Shown: positions 49,413 through 58,732 of the stretch, piece by piece | How positions within the stretch are numbered: the stretch's first letter is position 1 | Layout: each line of letters opens with the position of its first letter | The notes under the pieces: model-generated | Told to the model about the DNA's origin: nothing | Seen by the model: only the letters and a program-made list of their open reading frames with translations | Databases searched by the model: none | From: Candidatus Poribacteria bacterium | GTDB taxonomy: Bacteria > Poribacteria > WGA-4E > WGA-3G | Length of the DNA: 64,000 nt | Assembly: GCA_965205015.1 (NCBI GenBank) | Contig: OZ242029.1 | Coordinates: forward strand, 4,864,001 to 4,928,000 | Reading direction: 5' to 3' | Position numbers and translations under genes: made by a program

Positions 49413-50039
49413 CTAATTCTCATTTCTGTTCCTTATGCGTCGCTGCGGTCGTTCCGATCTCGACTTTGGCGATGTCACACTGCGTGAACTCCGAGAACGC
49501 CGATTTTCAAGCCGCAAATCCCTTTTATTGTACGCCCGCCGTGAAAGTGGCACATACCGGCTCCGACCATAATACCGCCGATAGACATTCGTATATGGAT
49601 AGTATCCCCTATAGTAGCGAGAGTAGGGAGAGTAGCCATAAGAATACCCATACCCGTAAAACCAAGGATGTGAATAATACGGAAACCTAACGGGCAAGTA
49701 AAAGCGATATGGATACGGTGCGTAAGGTCCCCAATAGGTATTATAGGACCTGTGTGGATAAACGTACGTTTCACGACGGGTATACTTCCGTCGTCCGTAA
49801 TAGCCTTCCGACTCTTCAGTATCGGTATGCTCTGACGCCAACTCTTCAGCATCGGTATGTTCTGGTTCCAATGCTTCTGATTCTGTTTCAGCGTGCTCTC
49901 CCGGTTCCTCTTTTTCCAAACCCCTATGGTGTTTCCGATCAAAATCCGAAGACGCATAATAACCGAGTTGCGTATAACACCCGGCAAATGCCACCAGTGC
50001 CAAAAGCAACGACAATAAGAAAGTTACCTGCAACTTCAT
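49413..50039 (-). CDS. Tyr/Arg-rich lipoprotein
   Basis: AAGGAG RBS; MKLQVTFLLSLLLALVAFAGC lipobox, CYTQL; Y/P/G-rich then R/S-rich tail. Confidence 0.8.
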   Translation of the reverse strand: MKLQVTFLLSLLLALVAFAGCYTQLGYYASSDFDRKHHRGLEKEEPGEHAETESEALEPEHTDAEELASEHTDTEESEGYYGRRKYTRRETYVYPHRSYNTYWGPYAPYPYRFYLPVRFPYYSHPWFYGYGYSYGYSPYSRYYRGYYPYTNVYRRYYGRSRYVPLSRRAYNKRDLRLENRRSRSSRSVTSPKSRSERPQRRIRNRNEN

Positions 50040-50220
50040 GTCTCTTTCTCCTTTAGATTTATGCCCAAATTTCGACTTCTGTCGTGTATTAACGAGGAAT
50101 CCTGATGGAAAGTTTACATCTACTGTCGCCGCATGAAACGCCACTCACAGATTTTAAGAAAGTGCTGAATGTGAGGCTTTCCGTAATTGTCTTGAAACCA
50201 CTAAACACCCTCCTGCTTCA

Positions 50221-50249
50221 ATTATACTTCTATCCATAGCGTATGTCAA
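50221..50249 (-). promoter_or_regulatory. Consensus sigma-70 promoter for the lipoprotein-OMP operon
   Basis: Minus strand TTGACA-N17-TATAAT. Confidence 0.8.
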
Positions 50250-50344
50250 ACCCGGGTTATCTAATTATCTAATTTTTAGAAACGTCTCTTACATACCAGC
50301 GATTTTTCCTTGCCTCCGTTCGTCCCTCATGCTAAACTAACACT

Positions 50345-51250
50345 ATGAGGGTTTTCATTCAAATCGGACACGGCATCGTCGGTGCTGCTGTTATTTCAGG
50401 TTTATGTATCTGGCAAGCAGGCAGTTTCGGTGAAGCGAGACACACCATCAGCATCATCGGTGCGATCGCCATCGTGATTGCCAGTCTCTACCTCCTGCGA
50501 AGTCGCTGGATTCGATGGGGCAGCCGACAAACGTGGCTCAAATACCATCAACGGCTCGCCGCCTTAGGTTTGTCCCTGGTTCTGCTGCATTCTGCGTTCC
50601 AACCGCTCGTATGGCACTCATGGCTGACGTTCCTACTGGCGTTGTCGAACTTAGGCACGGGTATCGCTGTGAGTCTGACATCTCGCGGGGCGCGCCGAAT
50701 TTTGCTCCGATGCCATCTCATCCTTGCACCCATCCTACTCGTCAGTATCGTGTTCCACGGGCAAAAGAAACTGGAGCACGACGAATTCTTCCCACTTACG
50801 GATGTCCATGATGTGCCTTGCGCAAGATGCCATACTCCCGAACGGCTTTTGTTCCATGTCAGTACAACTTTTCCCCAAGATTTGGACACGTCGGAGACTG
50901 TTCCTGAAGACTTGCACTTTTGGTTCCTACAAAATGACCGCAGGGTCCCCGAAACCTCTCCTGTTGCTATCAAAGAAACAGGAAACGCATGGACAATCAC
51001 AGATAGTAAAAACAATCGTACCTATTACGCGTTGAAGGCAGCAGATCAGATCGCCATTTATGCCGATACCGATTACGGGAGTTACACCTGTCTCAAATGC
51101 CACGTGCATAACACAGAAGAAATTCAGTTAGTGCATGAGCTGCACGGCGTTACCGAAGCCCATAGGTGTCTCGTCTGCCACCAGACTGAAATTGACGGCA
51201 CGCGTTATGGACGACAACGCTTCGATTGGGAATACGCGCCGCACCGGTAA
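50345..51250 (+). CDS. Membrane-anchored multiheme c-type cytochrome
   Basis: About 5 N-terminal TM helices with His (WLKYH...LLH); CARCH, CLKCH, CLVCH. Confidence 0.8.
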   Translation: MRVFIQIGHGIVGAAVISGLCIWQAGSFGEARHTISIIGAIAIVIASLYLLRSRWIRWGSRQTWLKYHQRLAALGLSLVLLHSAFQPLVWHSWLTFLLALSNLGTGIAVSLTSRGARRILLRCHLILAPILLVSIVFHGQKKLEHDEFFPLTDVHDVPCARCHTPERLLFHVSTTFPQDLDTSETVPEDLHFWFLQNDRRVPETSPVAIKETGNAWTITDSKNNRTYYALKAADQIAIYADTDYGSYTCLKCHVHNTEEIQLVHELHGVTEAHRCLVCHQTEIDGTRYGRQRFDWEYAPHR

Positions 51251-51278
51251 ATCCACGCAAAAAAACGGCTATCTCTCG

Positions 51279-51307
51279 TTGACATTTTCCCAACTTCCCT
51301 ATATAAT
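51279..51307 (+). promoter_or_regulatory. Consensus sigma-70 promoter
   Basis: TTGACA-N17-TATAAT, 20 bp upstream of ATG 51328. Confidence 0.8.
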
Positions 51308-51327
51308 GGCAACCGGGAAGTAAAAAT

Positions 51328-53250
51328 ATGCCAAACAGAAACGTCAGTTTTCGAGCTGTCCTACTCGCACTCCTCATCACTATCCCGAACTCCTACTGGC
51401 TCATGATAAACTGGGGTCCCAGCGGTTATGGCACAGGTCAGAGTTTCCCCACCGTCTCCACCGTTTACTTCAACGTCATTTTTGTTGTGCTCATCTTGAT
51501 GGCGGTAAACCCTTTGCTCCGAGCCATCGGGAAAAATGCAAGCCTCACCGATGCCGAGCTGATGGTGGTCTATCTCCTCGTATCCATCGCCTCCTCCATC
51601 GCAGGACACGATACACTCCAGATATTGTGGCCCCTGCTCACCTATCCGATCTGGTTCGCCAGTCCTGAGAATGAATGGGGTGAACTGTTCCATCGGCACA
51701 TGCCCGATTGGCTGACCATCAAAGAACGGAATGTGCTGGCAACCTTCTATCAAGGGGACGACTCACTCCACACCGTCCAACACTTAGAACTCTGGATGCC
51801 CCTCGTGCTCTGGTGGTCTGCCCTTATCATTGTGCTGACGTGTATGATGCTCTGCATCACAATCCTCGTCCGACACCAATGGGTGAATCACGAAAAACTC
51901 AGCTATCCCGTCATTCAGATACCGCTTCACCTGACAGAAAACGGGGGACGTGTTCTCCTGAGCAATCGGCTATTTCTGTTAGGGGCTGTCCTCGCTGGTG
52001 GGATAAACCTCCTTAACGGTCTCCACTTTCTATTCCCCGTCGTGCCGGGATTAGGAGGCAGTCTCTACAATTTAGGACAGTATTTCCAGACGAAACCCCT
52101 GAACGCCATCGGTAGACTGCCGATTGCCGTCTATCCATTCGCTATCGGGATGAGCTTCTTCATTCCGTTGGAGCTCTCGTTCTCTATCTGGTTTTTCTAT
52201 CTGTTCCACAAAATGACGCGTGTCTGGGGTACAATGGCAGGTATCGGACATCTACCGGGATTCCCATTTCTCGATGCACAATCGTTTGGGGCATGGTTCT
52301 GCTTAGGAATCTCCGCGATATGGCTCACCCGAAAGTTTATCGTGCGACAGGTGACAAACGCCTTCCGAGTCGGTAATGGAGAACCAGACACAATGGATAC
52401 ACCTTCAGCACACATCCGATACGCAATCATTGGGTTGATACTCGGCGGTATCTTTATCCTTGTGTTCTTCAAAAGTACAGGTACACCGATTTTCAGCATT
52501 CTCGGCTACTTTACACTCTTCTTCGCGTTAGCCATTGCCATTACCCGTATTCGTGCTGAAGTGGGTCCCCCCGCACACGATGTGCCGTGGAGACCGGATA
52601 AAGTTCTCGTCTCCTTTCTCGGGACGCGTCGGATTGGGGCAGAGGGATTAACCACGTTTAGTATGTTTCACGGCTTTAACCGATCCTATCGCTCCCATCC
52701 GATGCCGATTATGTTGGAAGGATTCAAAGTCGCACAGGTCCGTGGATTGTCGCACAATCGCTTTATTATCGCCATCATCTTGGTAACTATCGTCGGAACG
52801 ATTTCATCGGCGTGGGCATACTATGCACAAGGGTATCACTACGGGGCAGCAGTCTATGGTGAGCAGGCACAATGTCGCTGGACCTATGAGCAGTTGAAGC
52901 AGTGGCTCATCAACCCACAATCCATAGATGTCGGTGCGGTTTCCGCTTCCGGCGGCGCGATTACCTTGACAACGCTCTTAATGATACTACGCCGCCGTTT
53001 TATCTGGTGGCCCTTCCATCCTGCGGGATATGCCTTGTCACTCAGCTTTTGGAATACAAGTTGGTATTGGTTCTCGATCTTTCTGTCGTGGGGGATAAAA
53101 GCGATTCTCTTTCAAACGGGAGGACTCCGCACCTATCGTCGTGCAATGCCGTTTTTTATAGGTTTAGTCATTGGCGAGTTTCTCCTCGGAGCCATCTGGA
53201 CCTTAATCGGTATCGCCTTAGAACGCCCCATGTACCGGTTCATGTTCTGA
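51328..53250 (+). CDS. Polytopic membrane protein, DUF6785/DUF6784-like (OPT-like putative transporter)
   Basis: 640 aa, many TM helices; QW.NHEKLSYP, RIRAEVG, WWPFHPAGY, PFFIGLVIGE motifs. Confidence 0.75.
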   Translation: MPNRNVSFRAVLLALLITIPNSYWLMINWGPSGYGTGQSFPTVSTVYFNVIFVVLILMAVNPLLRAIGKNASLTDAELMVVYLLVSIASSIAGHDTLQILWPLLTYPIWFASPENEWGELFHRHMPDWLTIKERNVLATFYQGDDSLHTVQHLELWMPLVLWWSALIIVLTCMMLCITILVRHQWVNHEKLSYPVIQIPLHLTENGGRVLLSNRLFLLGAVLAGGINLLNGLHFLFPVVPGLGGSLYNLGQYFQTKPLNAIGRLPIAVYPFAIGMSFFIPLELSFSIWFFYLFHKMTRVWGTMAGIGHLPGFPFLDAQSFGAWFCLGISAIWLTRKFIVRQVTNAFRVGNGEPDTMDTPSAHIRYAIIGLILGGIFILVFFKSTGTPIFSILGYFTLFFALAIAITRIRAEVGPPAHDVPWRPDKVLVSFLGTRRIGAEGLTTFSMFHGFNRSYRSHPMPIMLEGFKVAQVRGLSHNRFIIAIILVTIVGTISSAWAYYAQGYHYGAAVYGEQAQCRWTYEQLKQWLINPQSIDVGAVSASGGAITLTTLLMILRRRFIWWPFHPAGYALSLSFWNTSWYWFSIFLSWGIKAILFQTGGLRTYRRAMPFFIGLVIGEFLLGAIWTLIGIALERPMYRFMF

Positions 53251-53365
53251 ATAGCAGTCAGCAGTCGGAAACCGTCGGCAGGAAGAATGGTAGGATGGAA
53301 AAGGCTGGAATAGACCGATGTTTTCTGTGATTTCCAATAAGCCGATCACTATTAGAGGATACACA

Positions 53366-54196
53366 ATGAAACTTAGTTGCCTTCCCGTCTCTCTTTACGA
53401 TAACATCTTCACAGAAAAAAGCACCGTCACTGATTGGATTCAGCTCGGTGCAGAATTAGGGCTGGACGCAGTCGATTTCAGTATCAAATTTTTCCCAAAG
53501 CGCGACGCGGAAACGATAAACAACACACGTACCGCCCTCGAAAGGTTCCATATAGAGCCGTGTATGCTCGCCTGTTACTGCGACTTCACACATCCCGATG
53601 CAGCACAACGCTCCCAAGAATTAACCGACCTGAAGGCAGATATCGGACTGGCAAAAGCGTTGGGGGCAAAGTTCATTCGGGTAACAGCCGGACAAAACCA
53701 CCCCGGCACTGAACGCGAAGCAGGCGTACGTTGGGTAACAGACGGATTCCGACGCGCCCTTGACGAAGCGGAAAAGCACGGTATCACGCTCGCTTATGAG
53801 AATCACACCAAAGGCGCGCCTTGGGATTACTGGGACTTCTCACAACCCACAGAGATTTTCTTGGAAATTTTAGACGCGCTTTCGGATACGCCCCTCGGTG
53901 TCTGCTTCGACACCGCAAACCCGCTCGTACTCGGCGAAGATGTCCTCGCACTTCTGGAGAAAGTTATGCAACGGATCGTCGTGCTGCATATCTTCGACCT
54001 GCGGGCAGTTCGGGTGTTTGAACCTGTCCGTGTCGGTACTGGTGCCTCACCAATCCCGCAAATTTTTTCGCGTCTCAGGCAAACAGATTATGACGGTTGG
54101 TTTAGCATCGAGGAAGCCAGTCGTTCAGGGCATGAAGGCTTCACGCGCTCCATCGCGTATGTTCGAGAAACGTGGGAACACGCATTATCCGCGTGA
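53366..54196 (+). CDS. Sugar phosphate isomerase/epimerase (xylose-isomerase-like TIM barrel)
   Basis: AELGLDAVD, LAYENH, CFDTAN, LH.FD, YDGWFSIEE. Confidence 0.88.
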   Translation: MKLSCLPVSLYDNIFTEKSTVTDWIQLGAELGLDAVDFSIKFFPKRDAETINNTRTALERFHIEPCMLACYCDFTHPDAAQRSQELTDLKADIGLAKALGAKFIRVTAGQNHPGTEREAGVRWVTDGFRRALDEAEKHGITLAYENHTKGAPWDYWDFSQPTEIFLEILDALSDTPLGVCFDTANPLVLGEDVLALLEKVMQRIVVLHIFDLRAVRVFEPVRVGTGASPIPQIFSRLRQTDYDGWFSIEEASRSGHEGFTRSIAYVRETWEHALSA

Positions 54197-55036
54197 AGGC
54201 TCACTCATCCGCTCTTGCGCTTGACGCGAGAGTTCAGCGAGATGCCCATCGTTTGCTCGCACCTGTTCGAGATGTACCCACCGTTTAGGTGTCGCTGTCC
54301 GCATCATCTTCTCGCCATACTTCCGATCGATCCAGAAGCGCGAAGATCCAGCGATATAGGCTTGTAGCGCATCCAACTTCTCATCAGGATAGCGTTGACA
54401 GAGGTTCATCGTAAACATACGGCGCCGCGTGCCACCGCCGAATGCTGCGTGCTTGGTATTATGGTTAAACAGTACCAGATCGCCGGGGGTCGTCTCAAAG
54501 ACCGTTGCCGGGACATCCTTACCGTGTATTTCCCAGAAGTCCTGGCTCTTTCCAGCCTGTTTAGAAAGTGTATCTGCATACTTATCACCGAAGAGATGAC
54601 TTCCCGGAATAACGCGAAGTGCGCCGGTATCGCGAGTCAGCGGATCAAGATAGAACGCGATCTTGATGTGCATCGGATCTTCCAGCTTATGCCCCCCATC
54701 TGAGTGCCATCCTGTATCGCCGACGTAGAAATTCCCGTCGCTGCCCATGTAGTTGAAATCATCACCGAGCAACGCGTTCGCGATCCCTAAAATCCGGGGG
54801 TCATCCAACAGTGATGACAACTCCTCACTCTGGTCGATGAACGGCACAATACAGGAACGTGCAGTGCCTTCATGCGGTCTGCCGTTATGTCCACCGCCTC
54901 TCTCTTCCCAGACCGCTTCAAAAGCGTCCTGAATTGCGGTAATCCGATCCGCCATCAATTGTGGGAAACTGAGATAACCGAACGTCTTAAAAAAATTAAT
55001 CTCCGTCTCGGTGATGTTGAAATCGTGCTGATTCAT
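54185..55036 (-). CDS. Phytanoyl-CoA dioxygenase (PhyH) family protein
   Basis: FFKTFGYL, WHSD facial triad, GALRVIPGSH, PGDLVLF...H. Confidence 0.92.
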   Translation of the reverse strand: MNQHDFNITETEINFFKTFGYLSFPQLMADRITAIQDAFEAVWEERGGGHNGRPHEGTARSCIVPFIDQSEELSSLLDDPRILGIANALLGDDFNYMGSDGNFYVGDTGWHSDGGHKLEDPMHIKIAFYLDPLTRDTGALRVIPGSHLFGDKYADTLSKQAGKSQDFWEIHGKDVPATVFETTPGDLVLFNHNTKHAAFGGGTRRRMFTMNLCQRYPDEKLDALQAYIAGSSRFWIDRKYGEKMMRTATPKRWVHLEQVRANDGHLAELSRQAQERMSEPSRG

Positions 55037-55263
55037 TTTTTTAATTTTCCTTGCGGTTCGTTAAAGTGGGTGTGGAATTGACGTACCTCTCCGTAGAAAC
55101 GCCTTTCATTTCATTACAGGCTTGCGATCTTAGACTCAGAAGAGGATAGGAAACCTCGGAAACGTATATTGGATTCCCTTAACGCCAGAAAACTTGGCGC
55201 AAGCCTCTATAGGAGACCTGCGGGACAATATTACTACGTTATGATAGCATGTTTTTCCATAAT

Positions 55264-55282
55264 TTTGCAATCCGATTGCAAA
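55264..55282. promoter_or_regulatory. Perfect palindrome, candidate operator overlapping a minus-strand -35
   Basis: TTTGCAATC-C-GATTGCAAA; overlaps TTGCAA-N18-TATCAT on the minus strand upstream of PhyH. Confidence 0.4.
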
Positions 55283-55310
55283 CAACACAGGCACATTTCT
55301 GGTAGATTTT

Positions 55311-55424
55311 AGGGGGCAGACACAAGACTACAAGGGGACAGGCACACGCTACAAGTGGGCAGGCACACGCTACAAGGGGACAGGCACACGCTACAAGTGG
55401 GCAGGCACAAGACCTGCCCCTACA
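55311..55424. repeat. REP-derived 21-bp tandem array
   Basis: Alternating CTACAAGGGGACAGGCACACG / CTACAAGTGGGCAGGCACACG units ending in GGGCAGGCACAAGACCTGCCCCTACA, the reverse complement of the REP at 32840 with 1 mismatch. Confidence 0.85.
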
Positions 55425-55546
55425 AGATGTCCATGTATTTTGATAATTCACCATAAATAGCCCTGCTATACCTCCAAAGAAAACTTGCGAAACCTATGAA
55501 TTAATGTTAATATTATTTAAGATTCTTATCCACTGAAAGGTTCTAA

Positions 55547-56341
55547 ATGGCTCTTAACACAAAATCGTTCCCTGCCTATTTCTCACTCTTTAAAGTGACA
55601 CTCCGTCAAATGTTTTGGAGTAAACGAACCGTCCTCATTCTGCTCGGATGTCTGCTATCCCTTGTCATAGCACTCGGATTTCGGTTCATGGCACGAGGAA
55701 GTGGAAGCATCAACCGGTTCATCCCACAGATCACGTTGGCACTTTATGGACTCTTGGTGAACCTATCTGCAATTTTCTACGGCACCGCGATCATCTCCGA
55801 TGAAATCGACGGAAAAGGTTTGACGTATCTTCAGATGCGCCCGCTCCACAAATCGACGATTCTCCTTAGCAAATTCGCTGCATACCTCGTCGGGACGGTT
55901 ACGCTTATCGCAACATCGCATCTGATTCTGACCGGGATTATGCTAACACACCCAAAACTACAGAACGGTGTGTTTTTCCAGTTGGGTATGAGCCTACGCT
56001 ACACCGCCTCAATGGCATTAGCACTGTTAGTTTACGGGGCACTCGCTGCGACGCTGGCAGTCAAATTCAAAAATCCAGTCCTGTGGGGGCTGCTCTATTT
56101 GATGGGGTGGGAAAGTATCACCACAGCTCCAATTATGGCAACGGGAATCAAGCGGCTCTCTATATCACACTATCTTTTCACACTATTTCCGCGTTATAAA
56201 CTGCCTCGAAGCGATTTTAATGCGGTGTTAGGGACATCACCACCACCAGCGTGGGTAGCCCTTCTGATAATCTTCATATTGACAGCCGTGCTGCTATGGC
56301 TCGCCATCCGAATTTTCCGGGAACGAGAATACTTGATTTAG
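55547..56341 (+). CDS. ABC-2 type transporter permease
   Basis: About 6 TM helices; ISDEIDGKGLTYL..RP...ILLSKF; FREREY end. Confidence 0.85.
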   Translation: MALNTKSFPAYFSLFKVTLRQMFWSKRTVLILLGCLLSLVIALGFRFMARGSGSINRFIPQITLALYGLLVNLSAIFYGTAIISDEIDGKGLTYLQMRPLHKSTILLSKFAAYLVGTVTLIATSHLILTGIMLTHPKLQNGVFFQLGMSLRYTASMALALLVYGALAATLAVKFKNPVLWGLLYLMGWESITTAPIMATGIKRLSISHYLFTLFPRYKLPRSDFNAVLGTSPPPAWVALLIIFILTAVLLWLAIRIFREREYLI

Positions 56342-56348
56342 GCACGCT

Positions 56349-57551
56349 TCAATCGCATTCCTTGAGAACCCGCGCCGTTTCACGTGAGACGATCAACTCC
56401 TCATTCGTCGCAACAACCAGAATTTTGGCACGGCTGTTAGCCGCCGAGAGGTCTACTTCGCCCGTCAGTTGCTCATTCTTCACGGCATCTAAGTGAATAC
56501 CGCACCATTCAAGCCCCTCACAGATCTTCGCTCGCGTGATGGGACTTTTCTCGCCGATCCCCCCCGCAAAAGCGATCACATCCACCCCGCCAAGCGCGGC
56601 GATATACGCACCAATATATTTTTTCACACCGTAAACGTAAGTCTCCAGAGCCAATCGGGCATCATCATCGCCTGCATCGATCGCCGCCTCTATATCACGC
56701 ATATCACCGCTCGTGCCCGAGATCCCTTTCAAGCCGGAATCCTCAACCAACTGACGACGAATCTCATCTGTAGAGAATCCCTCTTTGTCGATCATATACA
56801 GCACCGCAAACGCGTCCAACTCACCGCAACGGGTAGACTGAATCATCCCGTATTGCGTAGATGTGCCCATGGACGTATCCATAGATTCGCCGTCTTTGAT
56901 GGCGCAGAGAGAGGAACTGCCCCCGAGATGGCAAGAGATAATGCGCAATCCGTCCCCTGTTTCCCGTTCGAGGAGCTGCGGCACGCGTTCAGAAATGTAC
57001 CGGTGCGAAGCCCCGTGGTAGCCGTAACGACGGATATCGTGTTGTTCCACCCAAAAGCGAGGCACCCCGAATTCGGCGGCGTAATCCGGAATCGTCTGAT
57101 GGAACCACGTTTCAAAGACTGCAACGAGTGGTGTCGTAGGGAGCAACTCCTGAAAGGCACGGATAGAAGCGATATAGGCGGGGTTATGCATCGGTGCGAG
57201 CGGTGTCGAGGTCTCCAACGCCGTTATCACATCTTCGGTAATCCGGGCGGAACGCCAGTACCCTCGGGCAAGAATCGTTTTGAACCCGACACCGTCCAAT
57301 TGCCCCAAGTCCTCCAAGCATCCAACTTCGGCATCGGTGATTAGATCCATGGCGTGCGCAATCGCTGCAGTATGTGTGGGTGCATCAATTTCGCCTTCAT
57401 GGGACGGCTTCCCCGGCACCGCATGTGTGAAAGCAGATGGTGAATTGCCGATACGCTCCACCCCTCCCTTGACGAGAGAGGTCGTGGTTTCCATATCAAT
57501 GATTTGGTATTTGAACGAGGTACTCCCTACGTTCGCACAAAGTATACGCAT
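56349..57551 (-). CDS. ackA: Acetate kinase
   Basis: NVGSTSFKY, LAPMHNP, RRYGYHGASH, CHLGGSSS, FAGGIGE, TNEEL. Confidence 0.93.
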   Translation of the reverse strand: MRILCANVGSTSFKYQIIDMETTTSLVKGGVERIGNSPSAFTHAVPGKPSHEGEIDAPTHTAAIAHAMDLITDAEVGCLEDLGQLDGVGFKTILARGYWRSARITEDVITALETSTPLAPMHNPAYIASIRAFQELLPTTPLVAVFETWFHQTIPDYAAEFGVPRFWVEQHDIRRYGYHGASHRYISERVPQLLERETGDGLRIISCHLGGSSSLCAIKDGESMDTSMGTSTQYGMIQSTRCGELDAFAVLYMIDKEGFSTDEIRRQLVEDSGLKGISGTSGDMRDIEAAIDAGDDDARLALETYVYGVKKYIGAYIAALGGVDVIAFAGGIGEKSPITRAKICEGLEWCGIHLDAVKNEQLTGEVDLSAANSRAKILVVATNEELIVSRETARVLKECD

Positions 57552-57579
57552 AGTGGCTTTTGATCTCTTTATTATTTAT

Positions 57580-57876
57580 TCAGTTGGTGTCCTTGCCATT
57601 CAAAACCTTCAGGGCAGTTTCTACTTCAGCATCAAGATCTTCAGCACTGAGTTCAGCAAAGGGGGAAATTCCAGCCGCAGACATCAAGTCTGACAGATCC
57701 CACCGGGAAATGTTAAGGAGTTTCGCAGCTCTACCGGCACTAATATCCCCGTGCCGAAGAAGTTCAAGTACAAAAGCCTCTTTCGCCTTACGTTCCGCAT
57801 CGGTTTTGTGTTGTAAAAAACTCTCGTCAATAGGAAGTGTAAACGTGAATTGGACTTCAACTTCCGCTTTTGCCAT
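57580..57876 (-). CDS. UPF0175-family antitoxin-like protein (orphan)
   Basis: LELLRHGDISAGRAAKLL.ISRW HTH signature. Confidence 0.8.
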   Translation of the reverse strand: MAKAEVEVQFTFTLPIDESFLQHKTDAERKAKEAFVLELLRHGDISAGRAAKLLNISRWDLSDLMSAAGISPFAELSAEDLDAEVETALKVLNGKDTN

Positions 57877-57962
57877 AAGATTACCTCACTTACCTGTTTG
57901 CTTTTACAAACAACTGCATTCGCATCTAAGAAGGAAGAATTTATCTGAACTATCGGCTTATA

Positions 57963-58370
57963 TCAAGATAGGTGCGGTTCAACGACTTGTTCTACACCTT
58001 TCTCCACGGTCGTGTTTACGTTTGTTCCTTCTTCGCGATCGGGTTTAAAACCGTGATCTGTGTCTGCTATTGGTTCAATCAAGAGTCGACATCCCAGCGC
58101 GTTGAGGATGGCACTGAACGTATCAATCCGCAGTGCTTCGTCGCTGGACAGAATATCGGAGAGGGATTCTGGAGCGATTCCAGTTTTCTTGGCGAGTACG
58201 GAAATCCCCCCCTGCGATTCTACGACGGTCCGCAATGCCAACAGCAGTAAAGGTGTATCACCGTCAACTTGGTATTCTTCAAGCGAGAATTTGAGATACC
58301 GAATTGCCTCTTCTGGATTAGCAGTAAACCGTTCAGTTAGATATGCACGCCATGTTCTCAATTTTCTCAT
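57963..58370 (-). CDS. Addiction module antidote (HigA/HI1420-like HTH)
   Basis: AIRYL..., LLLALRTVVESQGG...LAKKTG; 4-bp ATGA overlap with the upstream toxin. Confidence 0.85.
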   Translation of the reverse strand: MRKLRTWRAYLTERFTANPEEAIRYLKFSLEEYQVDGDTPLLLLALRTVVESQGGISVLAKKTGIAPESLSDILSSDEALRIDTFSAILNALGCRLLIEPIADTDHGFKPDREEGTNVNTTVEKGVEQVVEPHLS

Positions 58371-58705
58371 TGTTGTGTCTCCCTGTATTCTCGCCAATAG
58401 TTTTTTGCGCGTTCAATATCCCGTGTCTGCGATGATTTATCACCGCCACAAAGCAAAAGTACAATTGTGTTATCCACTTCTCCAAAATAAACACGGTAAC
58501 CTGCTCCAAAATGAATACGGAGTTCAAAAACTCCACCACCAACAGTTCTACAATCGCCAAAATTGCCAAGGGACAGTCGGTCAAGCCGCTTTTGAATTCT
58601 GTCGTGCGTCTCCTGATTCTGAATTGATTCAAACCATTCGGTAAAAGGTTCCCGCCCGTTTGGTGTTTGGTAGAATTGTAGTTCTCTTGGATGTATCTGT
58701 CGCAT
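58367..58705 (-). CDS. RelE/HigB-type addiction module toxin (HI1419-like)
   Basis: GNFGD...VGGGVFELRIHFGAGYRVY...LLLCGGDKSSQ.RDI. Confidence 0.92.
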   Translation of the reverse strand: MRQIHPRELQFYQTPNGREPFTEWFESIQNQETHDRIQKRLDRLSLGNFGDCRTVGGGVFELRIHFGAGYRVYFGEVDNTIVLLLCGGDKSSQTRDIERAKNYWREYRETQQ

Positions 58706-58732
58706 TGTTGATTATCGTTTACACATATCATA

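Noticed and set aside
49811-49870. 30-bp tandem duplication in the lipoprotein (EHTDAEE/EHTDTEE)
   Set aside because: Only two copies in a disordered linker; ordinary slippage.
55311-55424. Possible CRISPR array or ACACPLV-repeat peptide ORF (55239..55454)
   Set aside because: A pure 21-bp tandem repeat derived from a REP; the ORF is a by-product of the 21-bp period.
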